From assembly GCA_030592645.1 (NCBI GenBank), contig JAUVIR010000002.1, forward strand, positions 8,065 to 72,064: a DNA stretch of 64,000 nucleotides. The letters run 5' to 3'. A model generated the notes under the pieces. The model did not search any database. It had not been told where the DNA came from and saw only the letters and a list, made by a program, of their open reading frames with translations. Position numbers and translations under genes: made by a program. Source of the stretch: Candidatus Fermentibacterota bacterium (GTDB lineage Bacteria; Fermentibacterota; Fermentibacteria; Fermentibacterales; JCC-6). Positions 1-9,952 of this stretch are shown here, one piece after another; the stretch's first letter is position 1, and every line of letters begins with the position of its first letter.

Positions 1-55
1 AGCAACAGGACGCCGTCCCGTTTTTCTCAGAAGGGTCTGCTGTCATGAAGCCCTT

Positions 56-1123
56 GTGAATTCAGCCATGCTTGAACTGCTCCCCCCGGATTGTCCGGGG
101 GCGGATTATGGGGCAGGTATCATCAGGGAAGGAGTTGTTTTCGATTTTGAAAGCCTGTTCCCGCCGGAACCGCATATTCTGGACGAAGCATGCTCGAACG
201 CAACTGACCTGGCCTTTTCTTCGGGAGTTACCGCATTATGTACCTTCGAACCTCTGGTAACCACTGAAGTACTTCTGAAAACCTCCCTTCCTGTAAGGAT
301 GTCCATCTGTCTTTTCGGAAATGATGCGGGCTTCACAGGAGAAGCGCCCGAATCTCTCGAGGGAGTACTTCCCGGGCTTGATGGTCTGAAATTCTTCCTT
401 GATGGATCCCTTGGTGCATCTACAGCAGCTGTTTCGGGGAGCTATGCGGACGGTACGGTTACCGAGCCTCTGCTGTCCGATGAACAGGTTCTGCGCAGCC
501 TGGAATTTGCGGACAGTTTAGGTTTGATGCCTGTATACCATGCTATAGGGGGCAGGGCACTTGCGCAGATTGACCGTGCAGCCCATTATTTTCGCATGAA
601 GCATGACGGGAGAAATCCTCCAGCCATGAGGATAGAGCATGCTGAAGAACTCACCGCAGACTGGCCGGGCAGCTGGGATACTTCGCTCCACACCTTTGTT
701 ATGCAGCCTAATTTTGTGAGCAGATGGCAGATCAAAGGGGGACTGTACGAAGGAAAACTCGGAAAGGAGAGAGCACAGGCTCTTAACCCGTTCAGACTTG
801 TAGTAGATGCGGGTTTCTCTCTTGGTTTCGGCAGCGACTGCATGCCTTTCGGCCCGCTTAAGGGGCTTGGCGGCGCTACAGACCATCCATTAGATTATTT
901 CGCTGTCGATACAGCGCAAGCCCTTAACGCATACACACTTGAAGCGGCAAAGATATGCGGTTTTTATGATCTTTCTGAAGAACTTACAGAAGGCAGGATT
1001 GCAGATATGACTGTCCTTTCTGCCGATCCTTTCCATACGCCCCCGGATGAGATCGAAGTTGTTGCAACGATCATCGGTGGTGAAACCGTTTTCGGACCGG
1101 AAGCTTTTCTGAAGGAGAAGTGA
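56..1123 (+). CDS. Amidohydrolase-family metal-dependent hydrolase. GTG start at 56; the frame is open back to base 1, so the gene may be 5'-truncated by the window edge.
   Basis: Amidohydro_3-like C-terminal region (GFGSDCMPF, HAEEL) and typical length. No stop codon upstream of 56 in frame. Confidence 0.5.
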   Translation: MNSAMLELLPPDCPGADYGAGIIREGVVFDFESLFPPEPHILDEACSNATDLAFSSGVTALCTFEPLVTTEVLLKTSLPVRMSICLFGNDAGFTGEAPESLEGVLPGLDGLKFFLDGSLGASTAAVSGSYADGTVTEPLLSDEQVLRSLEFADSLGLMPVYHAIGGRALAQIDRAAHYFRMKHDGRNPPAMRIEHAEELTADWPGSWDTSLHTFVMQPNFVSRWQIKGGLYEGKLGKERAQALNPFRLVVDAGFSLGFGSDCMPFGPLKGLGGATDHPLDYFAVDTAQALNAYTLEAAKICGFYDLSEELTEGRIADMTVLSADPFHTPPDEIEVVATIIGGETVFGPEAFLKEK

Positions 1124-2001
1124 TGGATAGAATCGACTGGTCGGATCCCCTGTCAGCTGGAAGGTTCATTGTGCGTAACGCCCTTGCGGAAGACAGAGTG
1201 ATGGATGACGTTACAACCTCTTCACTTTCCGTGCATCCGGGCGATAGCAGTACATGTATCGTTGCAGCCAGGGAAGAACTGATCGTAGCTGGATGGTTTC
1301 TTGTAGAACAGGTATTTTCAGAATTGTCCATTCTGGCGGGGATGAGTATTCAGAGTATTCAGAGCATTATCCCTGATGGGCACACTGCCTCCAAAGGAGA
1401 CAGTATCGGTTGTCTGCAGGGTTCTGCTGATCTGCTTCTGCGAGGTGAGAGAGTAGCTCTTAACCTGCTCTGCCGCCTCTCCGGAATAGCGACTCTTACA
1501 GGGAAATATGTTGAGGCTGCCGCAGGAACAGGTGTCGAAATTCTGGACACCAGAAAAACAACTCCCTGTCTGCGCGCACTGGAGAAATACGCTGTCAGGA
1601 CGGGGGGAGGCGTGAATCATCGTTTCAATCTTGCGGAACTTGCCATGGTGAAGGACAATCATATTGCCGTTGCAGGAGGATCAGGGAAACTGCACAGCGT
1701 AATGCTCCGTATTAAGGAGAAGGGAATTCCAGTTGAAATTGAGGTTGATTCCATCGATCAGCTCAAGAAAGTGCTTGATGAAAAACCGGACAGGATACTG
1801 CTCGACAACATGAACCCCGATACTCTCAGAGCAGCGGTGAGAGTGGCATCAGGCAGCGGTGTTTACCTTGAGGCTTCCGGAGGGATAACGCTGGAGAATT
1901 TAAGAGAAGTGGCAGCTACCGGAGTTGACGGAATATCTTCAGGTGCCCTTACACATTCGGCTCCATCAGCGGATATAGGATTTGACTGGGGGATCATATG
2001 A
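1120..2001 (+). CDS. nadC: Nicotinate-nucleotide pyrophosphorylase (quinolinate phosphoribosyltransferase)
   Basis: Conserved LDTRKTTPCLR...KYAVRTGGGVNHRFNL...VKDNHI QPRTase signature. 293 aa. Overlaps the upstream gene by 4 bp. Confidence 0.85.
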   Translation: MMDRIDWSDPLSAGRFIVRNALAEDRVMDDVTTSSLSVHPGDSSTCIVAAREELIVAGWFLVEQVFSELSILAGMSIQSIQSIIPDGHTASKGDSIGCLQGSADLLLRGERVALNLLCRLSGIATLTGKYVEAAAGTGVEILDTRKTTPCLRALEKYAVRTGGGVNHRFNLAELAMVKDNHIAVAGGSGKLHSVMLRIKEKGIPVEIEVDSIDQLKKVLDEKPDRILLDNMNPDTLRAAVRVASGSGVYLEASGGITLENLREVAATGVDGISSGALTHSAPSADIGFDWGII

Positions 2002-2762
2002 AAAGACTAGTGCTTGATATTGGAAATACAAGAACATCAGCGGGGGTATTCGTAGATGGAAGGCTTGATGTTCAATGGAGGATAACAACCAGACATTGGA
2101 CTGCCGATGACCTCTGGGTTATCCTGGGCTCTCTTCTTAAGGCGGACGATTGTGATCTGCCCGGGGAATTTGCTTACGCATGCGTTGTTCCACAGGTTCG
2201 TCATGCTCTCCTGAATCTCTCGGGAAGGTACATCAAAGCTGATCCGGTTGAAGTAACCGTAGAAACAGCGGGCATAACGATTGATTACGGATTTCCTCAC
2301 GAACTTGGTGCGGATCGCCTGGCAAATACTGCTGCTGTTCTTAGACTTGGGTCTACTCCTGCTATTGTTGTGGATTTCGGAACGGCAACAACATTCGATG
2401 TAATCAGCAGAGAAGGTGTTTACATTGGCGGTGCAATAACGCCTGGAGTGGGTACCGCTGCGGGAGAATTGTTCAAGAAGGCGGAGAAGCTCAATCCTGT
2501 AGACCTTGAGTTCCCTGCGTCCCCTCTTGGGAAGAGTACTGCAGAGGCTGTCTGTTCAGGCGTTCTTTTAGGGGCTGTTGGAGCGGCCGACCATATAATA
2601 GACGAGCTTTGCAAAGTAATTGAAGGAGTTCCCGAAATATGGGCTACTGGAGGCTGGGCACCGGGTATTGCCCGGAAGTGCAGAAACCTGATGAAGGTAT
2701 GCCCTGAACTTACGCTTGTAGGAATAGATTGTATTGCTGAAAGGTATTCAAATGAAAAATAA
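1998..2762 (+). CDS. coaX: Type III pantothenate kinase
   Basis: N-terminal LVLDIGNTRT and DFGTATTFD motifs of CoaX/Bvg accessory factor family. 254 aa. ATGA overlap with nadC. Confidence 0.85.
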   Translation: MKRLVLDIGNTRTSAGVFVDGRLDVQWRITTRHWTADDLWVILGSLLKADDCDLPGEFAYACVVPQVRHALLNLSGRYIKADPVEVTVETAGITIDYGFPHELGADRLANTAAVLRLGSTPAIVVDFGTATTFDVISREGVYIGGAITPGVGTAAGELFKKAEKLNPVDLEFPASPLGKSTAEAVCSGVLLGAVGAADHIIDELCKVIEGVPEIWATGGWAPGIARKCRNLMKVCPELTLVGIDCIAERYSNEK

Positions 2763-3300
2763 AAGGATACTGCTGGGAATCACCGGAAGTGCGGCAGCCT
2801 TCAAAGGAGTGATGCTTGCCTCCATGTTACGAAAGGAGGGCTTCGAAATTGATGGTGTTCTTACTCCCGGAGCTCTGCGTTTCGTTTCCGAGACACAGCT
2901 TGTCTGTGTAACCGGAAGACCTGTTCAGAGTTCGCTTTTTACAATGCAGCCCGGTGATCCAGTTCCTCATATTACACTTACTGATAATATTGATCTCTAT
3001 ATCGTTGTCCCCGCGACGGCCGACTTTATCGGCAAGTCCGCCAATGGATTGGCTGATGACCTGTTATCCTGCGCTTTTCTAGCCTGTTCCTCTCCGGTCA
3101 TCATGGCTCCTTCGATGAATATCAGGATGTGGAACAACAGAGCTACAGCTGCCAATATCGAGACGCTTAAAAGCCGTGGAGTGGTTTTTGCAGGTCCTGT
3201 AAAGGGACCTCTTGCCTGCGGCGCGGAAGGTATGGGCAGAATGATGGAACCAGATGGTATCTTTAAGTTGTGTCTTTCCATTCTGTCGGGCAAATGCTGA
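2750..3300 (+). CDS. coaC: Phosphopantothenoylcysteine decarboxylase (flavoprotein), standalone CoaC without a CoaB domain
   Basis: ILLGITGSAAAFK, PHI.LTDNIDL.IVVPATADFIGKSANGLADDLLS and PSMN..MW, GPLACG..G.GRM.EP motifs of Dfp N-terminal half. ATG at 2750 overlaps the coaX stop. The six-frame ORF starts at 2734. Confidence 0.7.
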
Positions 3301-3301
3301 C

Positions 3302-4351
3302 ATGATTCCTCTTCCTACCATGCAGTGGATGGAGGGTAATCTCCGGCTGCTGGATCAGAGAAAGCTTCCATCCGAAGAAACTTATATAGACTGCAGGGAT
3401 ATCGATTCCCTGGCGGAAGCCATCAGGACCCTAGCCGTCAGAGGGGCACCGGCCATTGGTATTGCAGCAGCTTTTGGCGCTGTAATTGCTGCTTTAACTA
3501 CGGATCCTGGTGAAAAGTTCAATGAAGCTTTTGTTGCGAAGATAGATATACTTGAAGGAACAAGACCTACAGCGGTTAACCTTTTTCATTGTCTCGATAT
3601 CCAGAGACGCATTTTCCGCATGAATCCCGGCAGGGACAGCGCTATCGAAGCCCTTCTGGAATCTGCCCGGGACATGATGCGATCAGATCTTGAAGCCAGC
3701 AGACAAATGGGGCGATTCGGTGCCGATCTGCTGGAAAAAGGCTCGGTAGTTCTGACCCATTGCAATGCAGGGGGATTGGCTACCGCAGGCCTGGGGACTG
3801 CCCTTGCAGTTATATACGAAGCCTGGGAAAGAGGCATACTGGAAAAGGTGTATGCCGATGAAACCCGCCCGCTTCTTCAGGGCGCCAGGCTGACGGCATG
3901 GGAGCTTTCAAGGGCAGGTATTCCGGTCGATGTGCTTCCCGATTCCGCTGCGGCCTCGCTTCTGCAGAAGGGAGAGGTCGATGCTGTTATAGTCGGCAGT
4001 GACAGGATAGCCGCAAATGGAGATGCCGCTAACAAGATAGGGACATATCCACTTGCACTGGCGGCAAAAGAGCATGGAATCCCCTTCTACGTTGTTGCGC
4101 CCCTTTCCACGTTCGATCTATCCACTCCGTGCGGGAGCGGAATTGAAATCGAACAGAGGGGTAGAAATGAGCTTAACTCTCCTGGAGAGCGGAAGCTGCT
4201 TCCAGAATCAGCAGGGGTATGGAACCCGGCATTTGATGTAACACCGGCTACGCTGATTACGGCAATTATCTGTGAGAAAGGTGTACTGTTTTCTCCAGAT
4301 GCCGATTCCCTGCGATTGCTTCTCGGGAAAGACCGGCAATTCAAGAAGTGA
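3302..4351 (+). CDS. mtnA: S-methyl-5-thioribose-1-phosphate isomerase / eIF-2B alpha-beta-delta-like family
   Basis: N-terminal W.EGNLRLLDQRKLP and the eIF2B/MtnA fold signature (GAPAIGIAAA, VGSDRIAANGD.ANKIGTY). Start chosen at MIPLPT, directly after the coaC stop. Confidence 0.7.
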   Translation: MIPLPTMQWMEGNLRLLDQRKLPSEETYIDCRDIDSLAEAIRTLAVRGAPAIGIAAAFGAVIAALTTDPGEKFNEAFVAKIDILEGTRPTAVNLFHCLDIQRRIFRMNPGRDSAIEALLESARDMMRSDLEASRQMGRFGADLLEKGSVVLTHCNAGGLATAGLGTALAVIYEAWERGILEKVYADETRPLLQGARLTAWELSRAGIPVDVLPDSAAASLLQKGEVDAVIVGSDRIAANGDAANKIGTYPLALAAKEHGIPFYVVAPLSTFDLSTPCGSGIEIEQRGRNELNSPGERKLLPESAGVWNPAFDVTPATLITAIICEKGVLFSPDADSLRLLLGKDRQFKK

Positions 4352-4545
4352 ATTCTGAATACTGGAATGACTGAATAATCGAGATTGTATTGATTGTTGT
4401 ATACTGCTGTTTTGATCGTTTATTGAGAGGTTGGAGTTTAAGGTAACTTGCATTATTCTACGGAGTATTAAGTTATCCTGTTCTTCTTATTCTGACTATG
4501 ATGCAGCACTTCAAAATTAGAATAAAGTGCGTTTAAGGAGGAATT

Positions 4546-6408
4546 TTGGGCTGTACAATTGGTATTGACCTGGGAACAACTAATTCTTGCATGTCAATAA
4601 GCGAAGGTGGAAACGCCATTGTTATTCAAACCGGGGAAGGCCCGAGAGTCATGCCTTCCGTTGTTGCATTCACACCTGCAGGGGACAGGCTTGTCGGCAT
4701 TGTCGCCAAGAGACAGGCGATAACTAATCCCAAAGAGACCATAACAAGCGTTAAAAGGCTTATGGGAAGAAAGTACGATGAGCTCAGCAAGGGAATATTC
4801 AATGTATCCTACGACATAGTTCCAAATGATAAAGGAGACGCTGTTGTCAGAATAGGGGACGGCAGAACATTCACCCCGCAGGAGATTTCCTCGATGATCC
4901 TCCAGAAAATGAAATACAGAGCGGAGGAATACCTCGGTGAGGAAGTCACCGATGTCGTTGTTACTGTACCTGCCCATTTCAACGAAGTACAGAGAAAGGC
5001 AACAAAGGACGCATGCACTATTGCCGGGCTGAACGTGAAGCGTGTGCTTAATGAGCCTACCGCTGCCGCGCTTGCCTTTACCGACGCAGTCGAACGGAGA
5101 AAGATAGCCGTCTTTGATTTCGGAGGCGGTACTTTTGATATCAGTGTTCTTCAGGTGGTGAACGGCATATTTGAAGTGAAAGCTACAACTGGAAATACTC
5201 AGCTGGGCGGGGACGATTTCGACGCATTACTGGTTGAATGGATCATGAAAGAGTTCCAGCGGGATAAGGGTATCAACTTAAGAGATGATCCCGTAGCACC
5301 TCAGAGGGTTCGTGAAGCAGCTGAAAGAGCAAAATGCGAACTCTCCGCATCCCTGGAAACTTCAATTAACCTTCCATTCATAGCCTCCAGTGATCAGGGG
5401 CCTGTTCATCTTGAAATGGTTATTACCCGAAGCCTGTTCGAAGGGCTTATCAAGGATCTTATTGAAAGTACACGGCCCCTGTGCGAGCAGGTGTTAAAAG
5501 ATGCCGGTCTTACCCATGAAGACCTCGAGACGGTTGTTCTTGTCGGAGGGTCTACCAGAATTCCCATGCTCAGGACACTTGTCGAGGAAGCCTTCCAGCA
5601 GGAACCTGTTCACAGCGTGAATCCCGATGAGGTTGTTGCCATGGGCGCAGCAATAGCCGGATCCGTAGTTTCAGGTCAGAGGAAGGATCTCGTCCTTCTT
5701 GATGTTACTTCACTTACATTGGGTGTTGAGACTCTCGGCGGTGTAATGGCGCCGATAATTGTGAAGAACAGCCCTCTCCCGATTAAGAGAAGCAAGATGT
5801 TCACCACTGCTGTTGATAACCAGCAGGTAGTTGGAATTCATGTTCTTCAGGGTGAACGGGAACTCACAGAAGATAACAGAAGCCTCGCAAGGTTCGAACT
5901 AGTCGGCATAAGACCTGCGCCAAGGGGTGTTCCAAGGATAGAAGTTGCATTTTCGATCGATGCTAACGGGATACTTTTTGTCAACGCCAAGGATGCGGTT
6001 ACCGGTAAGCATCAGGAACTGAAGGTCAATCCGAGCGGAGGGCTTTCAGATGATGAAGTCCGGCAGCTCATTCGTGATGCAAGGCAGTATAAGGATGCAG
6101 ACCGTGACAGGATCAAGCTGATAGAGGAGCGTAACATTGCCGACCAGTTAATATACGAGGCCTCAAAGCTGCTTAATACAGGCAAGGACAAACTTGACGG
6201 GGATTCACAGATAGAGCTTAAATCAGCCCTCGACGAATTGAGAACTGCCCGTGACAACTCTGACCTGGCTTCCATTGAACGTGCAAAGAAGGATCTTGTC
6301 ATGGTCCTGCATACTGCACGGAATATACTGAATATGTTAGATACCCTTGACTCCAAAGATGGCTCCGGTGGTGCAGAATTGCCGGACCAGAAAGAGGGCA
6401 TGGACTGA
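4546..6408 (+). CDS. dnaK: Molecular chaperone DnaK (Hsp70), TTG start
   Basis: IGIDLGTTNS, DLGGGTFD and VLVGGSTRIP signatures. 620 aa. AAGGAGG Shine-Dalgarno 8 nt upstream of the TTG. Confidence 0.9.
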   Translation: MGCTIGIDLGTTNSCMSISEGGNAIVIQTGEGPRVMPSVVAFTPAGDRLVGIVAKRQAITNPKETITSVKRLMGRKYDELSKGIFNVSYDIVPNDKGDAVVRIGDGRTFTPQEISSMILQKMKYRAEEYLGEEVTDVVVTVPAHFNEVQRKATKDACTIAGLNVKRVLNEPTAAALAFTDAVERRKIAVFDFGGGTFDISVLQVVNGIFEVKATTGNTQLGGDDFDALLVEWIMKEFQRDKGINLRDDPVAPQRVREAAERAKCELSASLETSINLPFIASSDQGPVHLEMVITRSLFEGLIKDLIESTRPLCEQVLKDAGLTHEDLETVVLVGGSTRIPMLRTLVEEAFQQEPVHSVNPDEVVAMGAAIAGSVVSGQRKDLVLLDVTSLTLGVETLGGVMAPIIVKNSPLPIKRSKMFTTAVDNQQVVGIHVLQGERELTEDNRSLARFELVGIRPAPRGVPRIEVAFSIDANGILFVNAKDAVTGKHQELKVNPSGGLSDDEVRQLIRDARQYKDADRDRIKLIEERNIADQLIYEASKLLNTGKDKLDGDSQIELKSALDELRTARDNSDLASIERAKKDLVMVLHTARNILNMLDTLDSKDGSGGAELPDQKEGMD

Positions 6409-6539
6409 CCGCTCGGCTTCCCATGATTTGCAATAGCCATGGATGCTATTTTTCCATCAGCTGCTTTTCCTTACTATATTTCTGCTTCAGAAGAAGCGGA
6501 TGAGAATGTTTTGATGAACCTTATTACGGATGTGATTTC

Positions 6540-7601
6540 ATGAGCAGTAATCCATACGGTGTGCTTGGCGTTGACCGGGACGCTGATCATGCTGCTATCA
6601 AAAGCGCTTACAGGAAGCTTGCACTGAAGTATCACCCGGACAGAAATCCCGGAGACAGGGCTGCCGAGGAGAAATTCAAGGAGATCACCCAGGCTTACGA
6701 AATTCTGAGTGACCCCAGCACGAAAGAGAGATTCGATAGAACAGGTTCGGCGGATGGCATGCCTGATATGTCTGATTTTTTCGGTGGATTTGGAATGGAC
6801 GATGCCCTTCGGGCTTTCCAGGATATTTTCGGATTCGGCCAGTCAAGGGAGTCTTCAGCCGGCGAGGATGCTGTTATTGATATTGAGCTGAGCCTTGAAG
6901 AAGTTGCTATGGGCTGCACCCGTGAGATAAAGGTCGAAAGAAAAGAGCACTGCAGTGTTTGCGATGGAACCGGAGCAGATCCTCAAGAAGGAATGAAACA
7001 GTGTGACACGTGCGGTGGACAGGGGAGGATCAGAACTGTAAGAAGAACTCTCCTCGGTGCTATGCAGTCGGTTTCGATCTGCCCGGCCTGCAGAGGCAGG
7101 GGCAGTATACCCGTGAAACTGTGTTCTTGCTGCCTGGGCTCCAGGCTTGAATCCAGAGAAAGAAAGATATCGGTGGATCTTCCCGCGGGTATTTCCGAGG
7201 GACACTTCGTAAGACTCAGAGGACAGGGGCATTTTCCGGGGAATGATGGTAGCCCCGGCGATCTTATTCTAAGGATAATGAATATTGATTATGGAGAATT
7301 CCTTCGCGAGGATTACGACCTGATCTTCAGAACCAGAATTTCCTTTCCCGATGCGGCACTGGGTACCGAGATCACCATTCCCGCCGTTGAGGAAGGAACC
7401 ATGAATATTACTATTCCACCGGGTGTGCAGCCGGGTGAGAGGCTTGTTCTGAAAAGAAAAGGTATCAGGAAACTCAAGGGTTTCGGCAGGGGTAATATTG
7501 TAGTTATCGCCGATGTATACGTCCCGGAAAGGCTTTCAAGGAAGGAGAAAAAAGTACTGAAGGAGCTTGGTGAATCAGAGCACTTCGTACCCTCATCATA
7601 G
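6540..7601 (+). CDS. dnaJ: Molecular chaperone DnaJ
   Basis: J-domain with HPD (KYHPDRNPGD), Gly/Phe-rich linker, and four CxxCxGxG zinc-finger repeats. Confidence 0.9.
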   Translation: MSSNPYGVLGVDRDADHAAIKSAYRKLALKYHPDRNPGDRAAEEKFKEITQAYEILSDPSTKERFDRTGSADGMPDMSDFFGGFGMDDALRAFQDIFGFGQSRESSAGEDAVIDIELSLEEVAMGCTREIKVERKEHCSVCDGTGADPQEGMKQCDTCGGQGRIRTVRRTLLGAMQSVSICPACRGRGSIPVKLCSCCLGSRLESRERKISVDLPAGISEGHFVRLRGQGHFPGNDGSPGDLILRIMNIDYGEFLREDYDLIFRTRISFPDAALGTEITIPAVEEGTMNITIPPGVQPGERLVLKRKGIRKLKGFGRGNIVVIADVYVPERLSRKEKKVLKELGESEHFVPSS

Positions 7602-7621
7602 TTGCTCCAGGAAATCGTACC

Positions 7622-9952
7622 ATGACCAGTTCCCTTAAGCGATTGGAATTTCGGAAGATTCTTGAAGATATTGCCGCAAGAACGGCAAGCCGTATGGGAA
7701 GCGGCAAGGTCATGTCTCTCACTCCAGGTCTTCATATGGAAGAAGCTCGCGAGCTCAGGCTTGAGACAGAAGCAGCATCGGCTCTTCTCGATAACGATAT
7801 CAGGATTCCTGCAGGTGCTAACGACAGTCTGCATGATGTATGCAGCCTTCTTGATGACGGTGTAATAGTACTTGATCCGCAGCAGTTGAGAACTGTCGGT
7901 TCAATACTTGCCGGTATGGATCGATTCCTGGAATCCTTAGACTCCGTCAGTGAAAACTATAAAGCTCTGGATAAGTATCTTAAACGTATACCGAGGCTTG
8001 CAGAACTGTCGGAAAGGCTCATCAGAATAACTACTCCGGACGGGGAACTCTCCCCGGATGCATCAAGTGAACTCTCCCGATTGTTCAAACAGGTGGACAG
8101 ACTCAAGAGAAAACTGTCAAAGAGGATAGCTAAAATCTCGACTGCGCTTTCGGGCAGGAATCTTCTCAGAGATATCCCGCCTACATTAAGAGATGGAAGG
8201 TATGTTCTGCCGGTTATATCCTCAAGAAAAAGTGATGTCCGGGGAATTGTCCATGACCGGTCCGAGAGCGGAGAGACTATTTTTATAGAGCCTTCGGAAC
8301 TTGTCGAAGACGGCAATGCCATGAGGGAAGCATCACTGGATCTTGATTATGAGAAGAGGAGGATATTAAAGGAGGCTTCACTGGAGGTCAGGGAGCATCT
8401 GAACAGCCTGAAGGAATGCCTTGAAGCCTCAGTTTCTCTTGATGCTGTTTTCGCAAGGGCTTTATTTCATCGAGAGTTAAAAACTTTCTTTCCACCGGAA
8501 GGCAGACTCTCTCTCCGGAACCTCAGGCATCCTCTGATACCCGCTGAAGAAGTAGTCCCTAACACTGTTGAACTACCAGAAGACTGGAGAGTACTTATAG
8601 TGAGCGGCCCGAATGCCGGCGGGAAAAGTGTACTTCTCAAAGCGGTCGGACTGGCCGCCTGTATGGCTCAATCCGGCATTGGTTCGTGCGTGGATGTAGA
8701 TTCAACCATCCCTTTCTTCAGTAGAGTGTACGTTTCGATCGGGGACCAGCAATCGATAGCACATCACCAGAGCACTTATTCCGCACGTCTGCTTGAACAG
8801 CTTGAAATGCTGAGAACACCCGGTGAGAATTCACTTGCCCTGATCGACGAACCGGCTGCCGGGACTGACCCTCTTACCGGAGCTGCTCTTGCTGCTTCTG
8901 TACTTGAGCATCTGGCCGAATCAGGCTGCAGGGTGATTGTTACAACTCACCAGGGACAGCTCAAGAGTTTTGCACATGGAAAAGCGGGATTCATCAATGG
9001 ATGCATGAATTTCCGGAAAGATTCACTAGTGCCGGATTACACTTTCGTCGCTGGAATTCCCGGATCTTCGTTTACCCTTGAAATAGCAAGAAGAATGAAA
9101 TTTCCGGATTCCATTCTATTGAGAGCACAGGAGTTATCCGGTGATTCATTCCGACTGGATAGAATGCTTGAGGAGATCACTGCAACGAGAAAGGAAGTTC
9201 TGCTCCAGCTGGAGGAACTGGGCAGGGAACGCGAAGATGGCATAAAATCGCTGCAGCGGAATGAAGCGGAACTGACAAGGGCAAGAAACGATCTGCTGAT
9301 TCAGAAAGAGAAGATCGAGAAGGATTATCTCGATTTAGAACAGAGCGTTAATTCAAAGGCTGATTCTCTTCTTGCCAGGCTTGCAAGGGCCGATTCCCCT
9401 ATCGATCGGAGAGAGCTCAGATCGAAGATAAGGGAAGTATCAACGCTATCCCGTAATCATAAGGGAATATCATCTGTTGACAGGGAACAGCTCTCAGAGG
9501 ATATCGAACCGGGAGACTGGGTGAATGTGAAGGGATGGAGCGGGTGCGGAAAGGTTGAGGATTCAGGGAAGGATCAGGCCACTGTCATCCTTGGTAATCT
9601 GAAGCTGAGAAAACCACTTTGCGACCTGCAGAAGGTAGAGCCGCCGGACGAGAAGCCTTCTTCTGCAGGGTGGAGCATTCCGATAACCGCTGAAACAGAG
9701 CTGGATCTCAGAGGCATGTCTTCAGAAGAAGCTCTTGCCGAGCTTGACCGTGCTGTTGATGATGGGATAGTCGCTGGTATTCCCTTTATAAATGTCATAC
9801 ACGGTAAGGGAAAAGGCATATTGATGAAGGCTGTTGTCGATACTGTACGGGCAGACAGGAGAATAGCTTCCTTCAGGCAGGGAAAACCCTTCGAAGGAGG
9901 GACGGGAGTCACTATCGTATTTCTGAACACAGCCGGGAAAAATTCCGTATGA
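7622..9952 (+). CDS. mutS2: Endonuclease MutS2 (MutS domains III-V plus C-terminal Smr domain)
   Basis: Walker A GPNAGGKSVLLK, MutS signature, and C-terminal Smr (LDLRGMSSEEA...NVIHGKGKG). 776 aa. Confidence 0.85.
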   Translation: MTSSLKRLEFRKILEDIAARTASRMGSGKVMSLTPGLHMEEARELRLETEAASALLDNDIRIPAGANDSLHDVCSLLDDGVIVLDPQQLRTVGSILAGMDRFLESLDSVSENYKALDKYLKRIPRLAELSERLIRITTPDGELSPDASSELSRLFKQVDRLKRKLSKRIAKISTALSGRNLLRDIPPTLRDGRYVLPVISSRKSDVRGIVHDRSESGETIFIEPSELVEDGNAMREASLDLDYEKRRILKEASLEVREHLNSLKECLEASVSLDAVFARALFHRELKTFFPPEGRLSLRNLRHPLIPAEEVVPNTVELPEDWRVLIVSGPNAGGKSVLLKAVGLAACMAQSGIGSCVDVDSTIPFFSRVYVSIGDQQSIAHHQSTYSARLLEQLEMLRTPGENSLALIDEPAAGTDPLTGAALAASVLEHLAESGCRVIVTTHQGQLKSFAHGKAGFINGCMNFRKDSLVPDYTFVAGIPGSSFTLEIARRMKFPDSILLRAQELSGDSFRLDRMLEEITATRKEVLLQLEELGREREDGIKSLQRNEAELTRARNDLLIQKEKIEKDYLDLEQSVNSKADSLLARLARADSPIDRRELRSKIREVSTLSRNHKGISSVDREQLSEDIEPGDWVNVKGWSGCGKVEDSGKDQATVILGNLKLRKPLCDLQKVEPPDEKPSSAGWSIPITAETELDLRGMSSEEALAELDRAVDDGIVAGIPFINVIHGKGKGILMKAVVDTVRADRRIASFRQGKPFEGGTGVTIVFLNTAGKNSV

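Noticed and set aside
1344-1368. 9-bp tandem repeat (GAGTATTCA x2.5) inside nadC
   Set aside because: It is in frame and encodes an SIQSIQSI surface repeat. It is too short and too embedded in a conserved gene to be a regulatory or mobile feature.
4352-4545. Searched the dnaK leader and other gaps of 100 bp or more (6409-6539, 20177-20441, 32603-32818, 47448-47647) for tRNA, small RNA or riboswitch-like structure
   Set aside because: No cloverleaf-compatible conserved tRNA boxes (GTTC/TTCGA T-loop with an appropriately spaced D-loop) or recognisable riboswitch cores were found by eye. This cannot be excluded without covariance-model searches.
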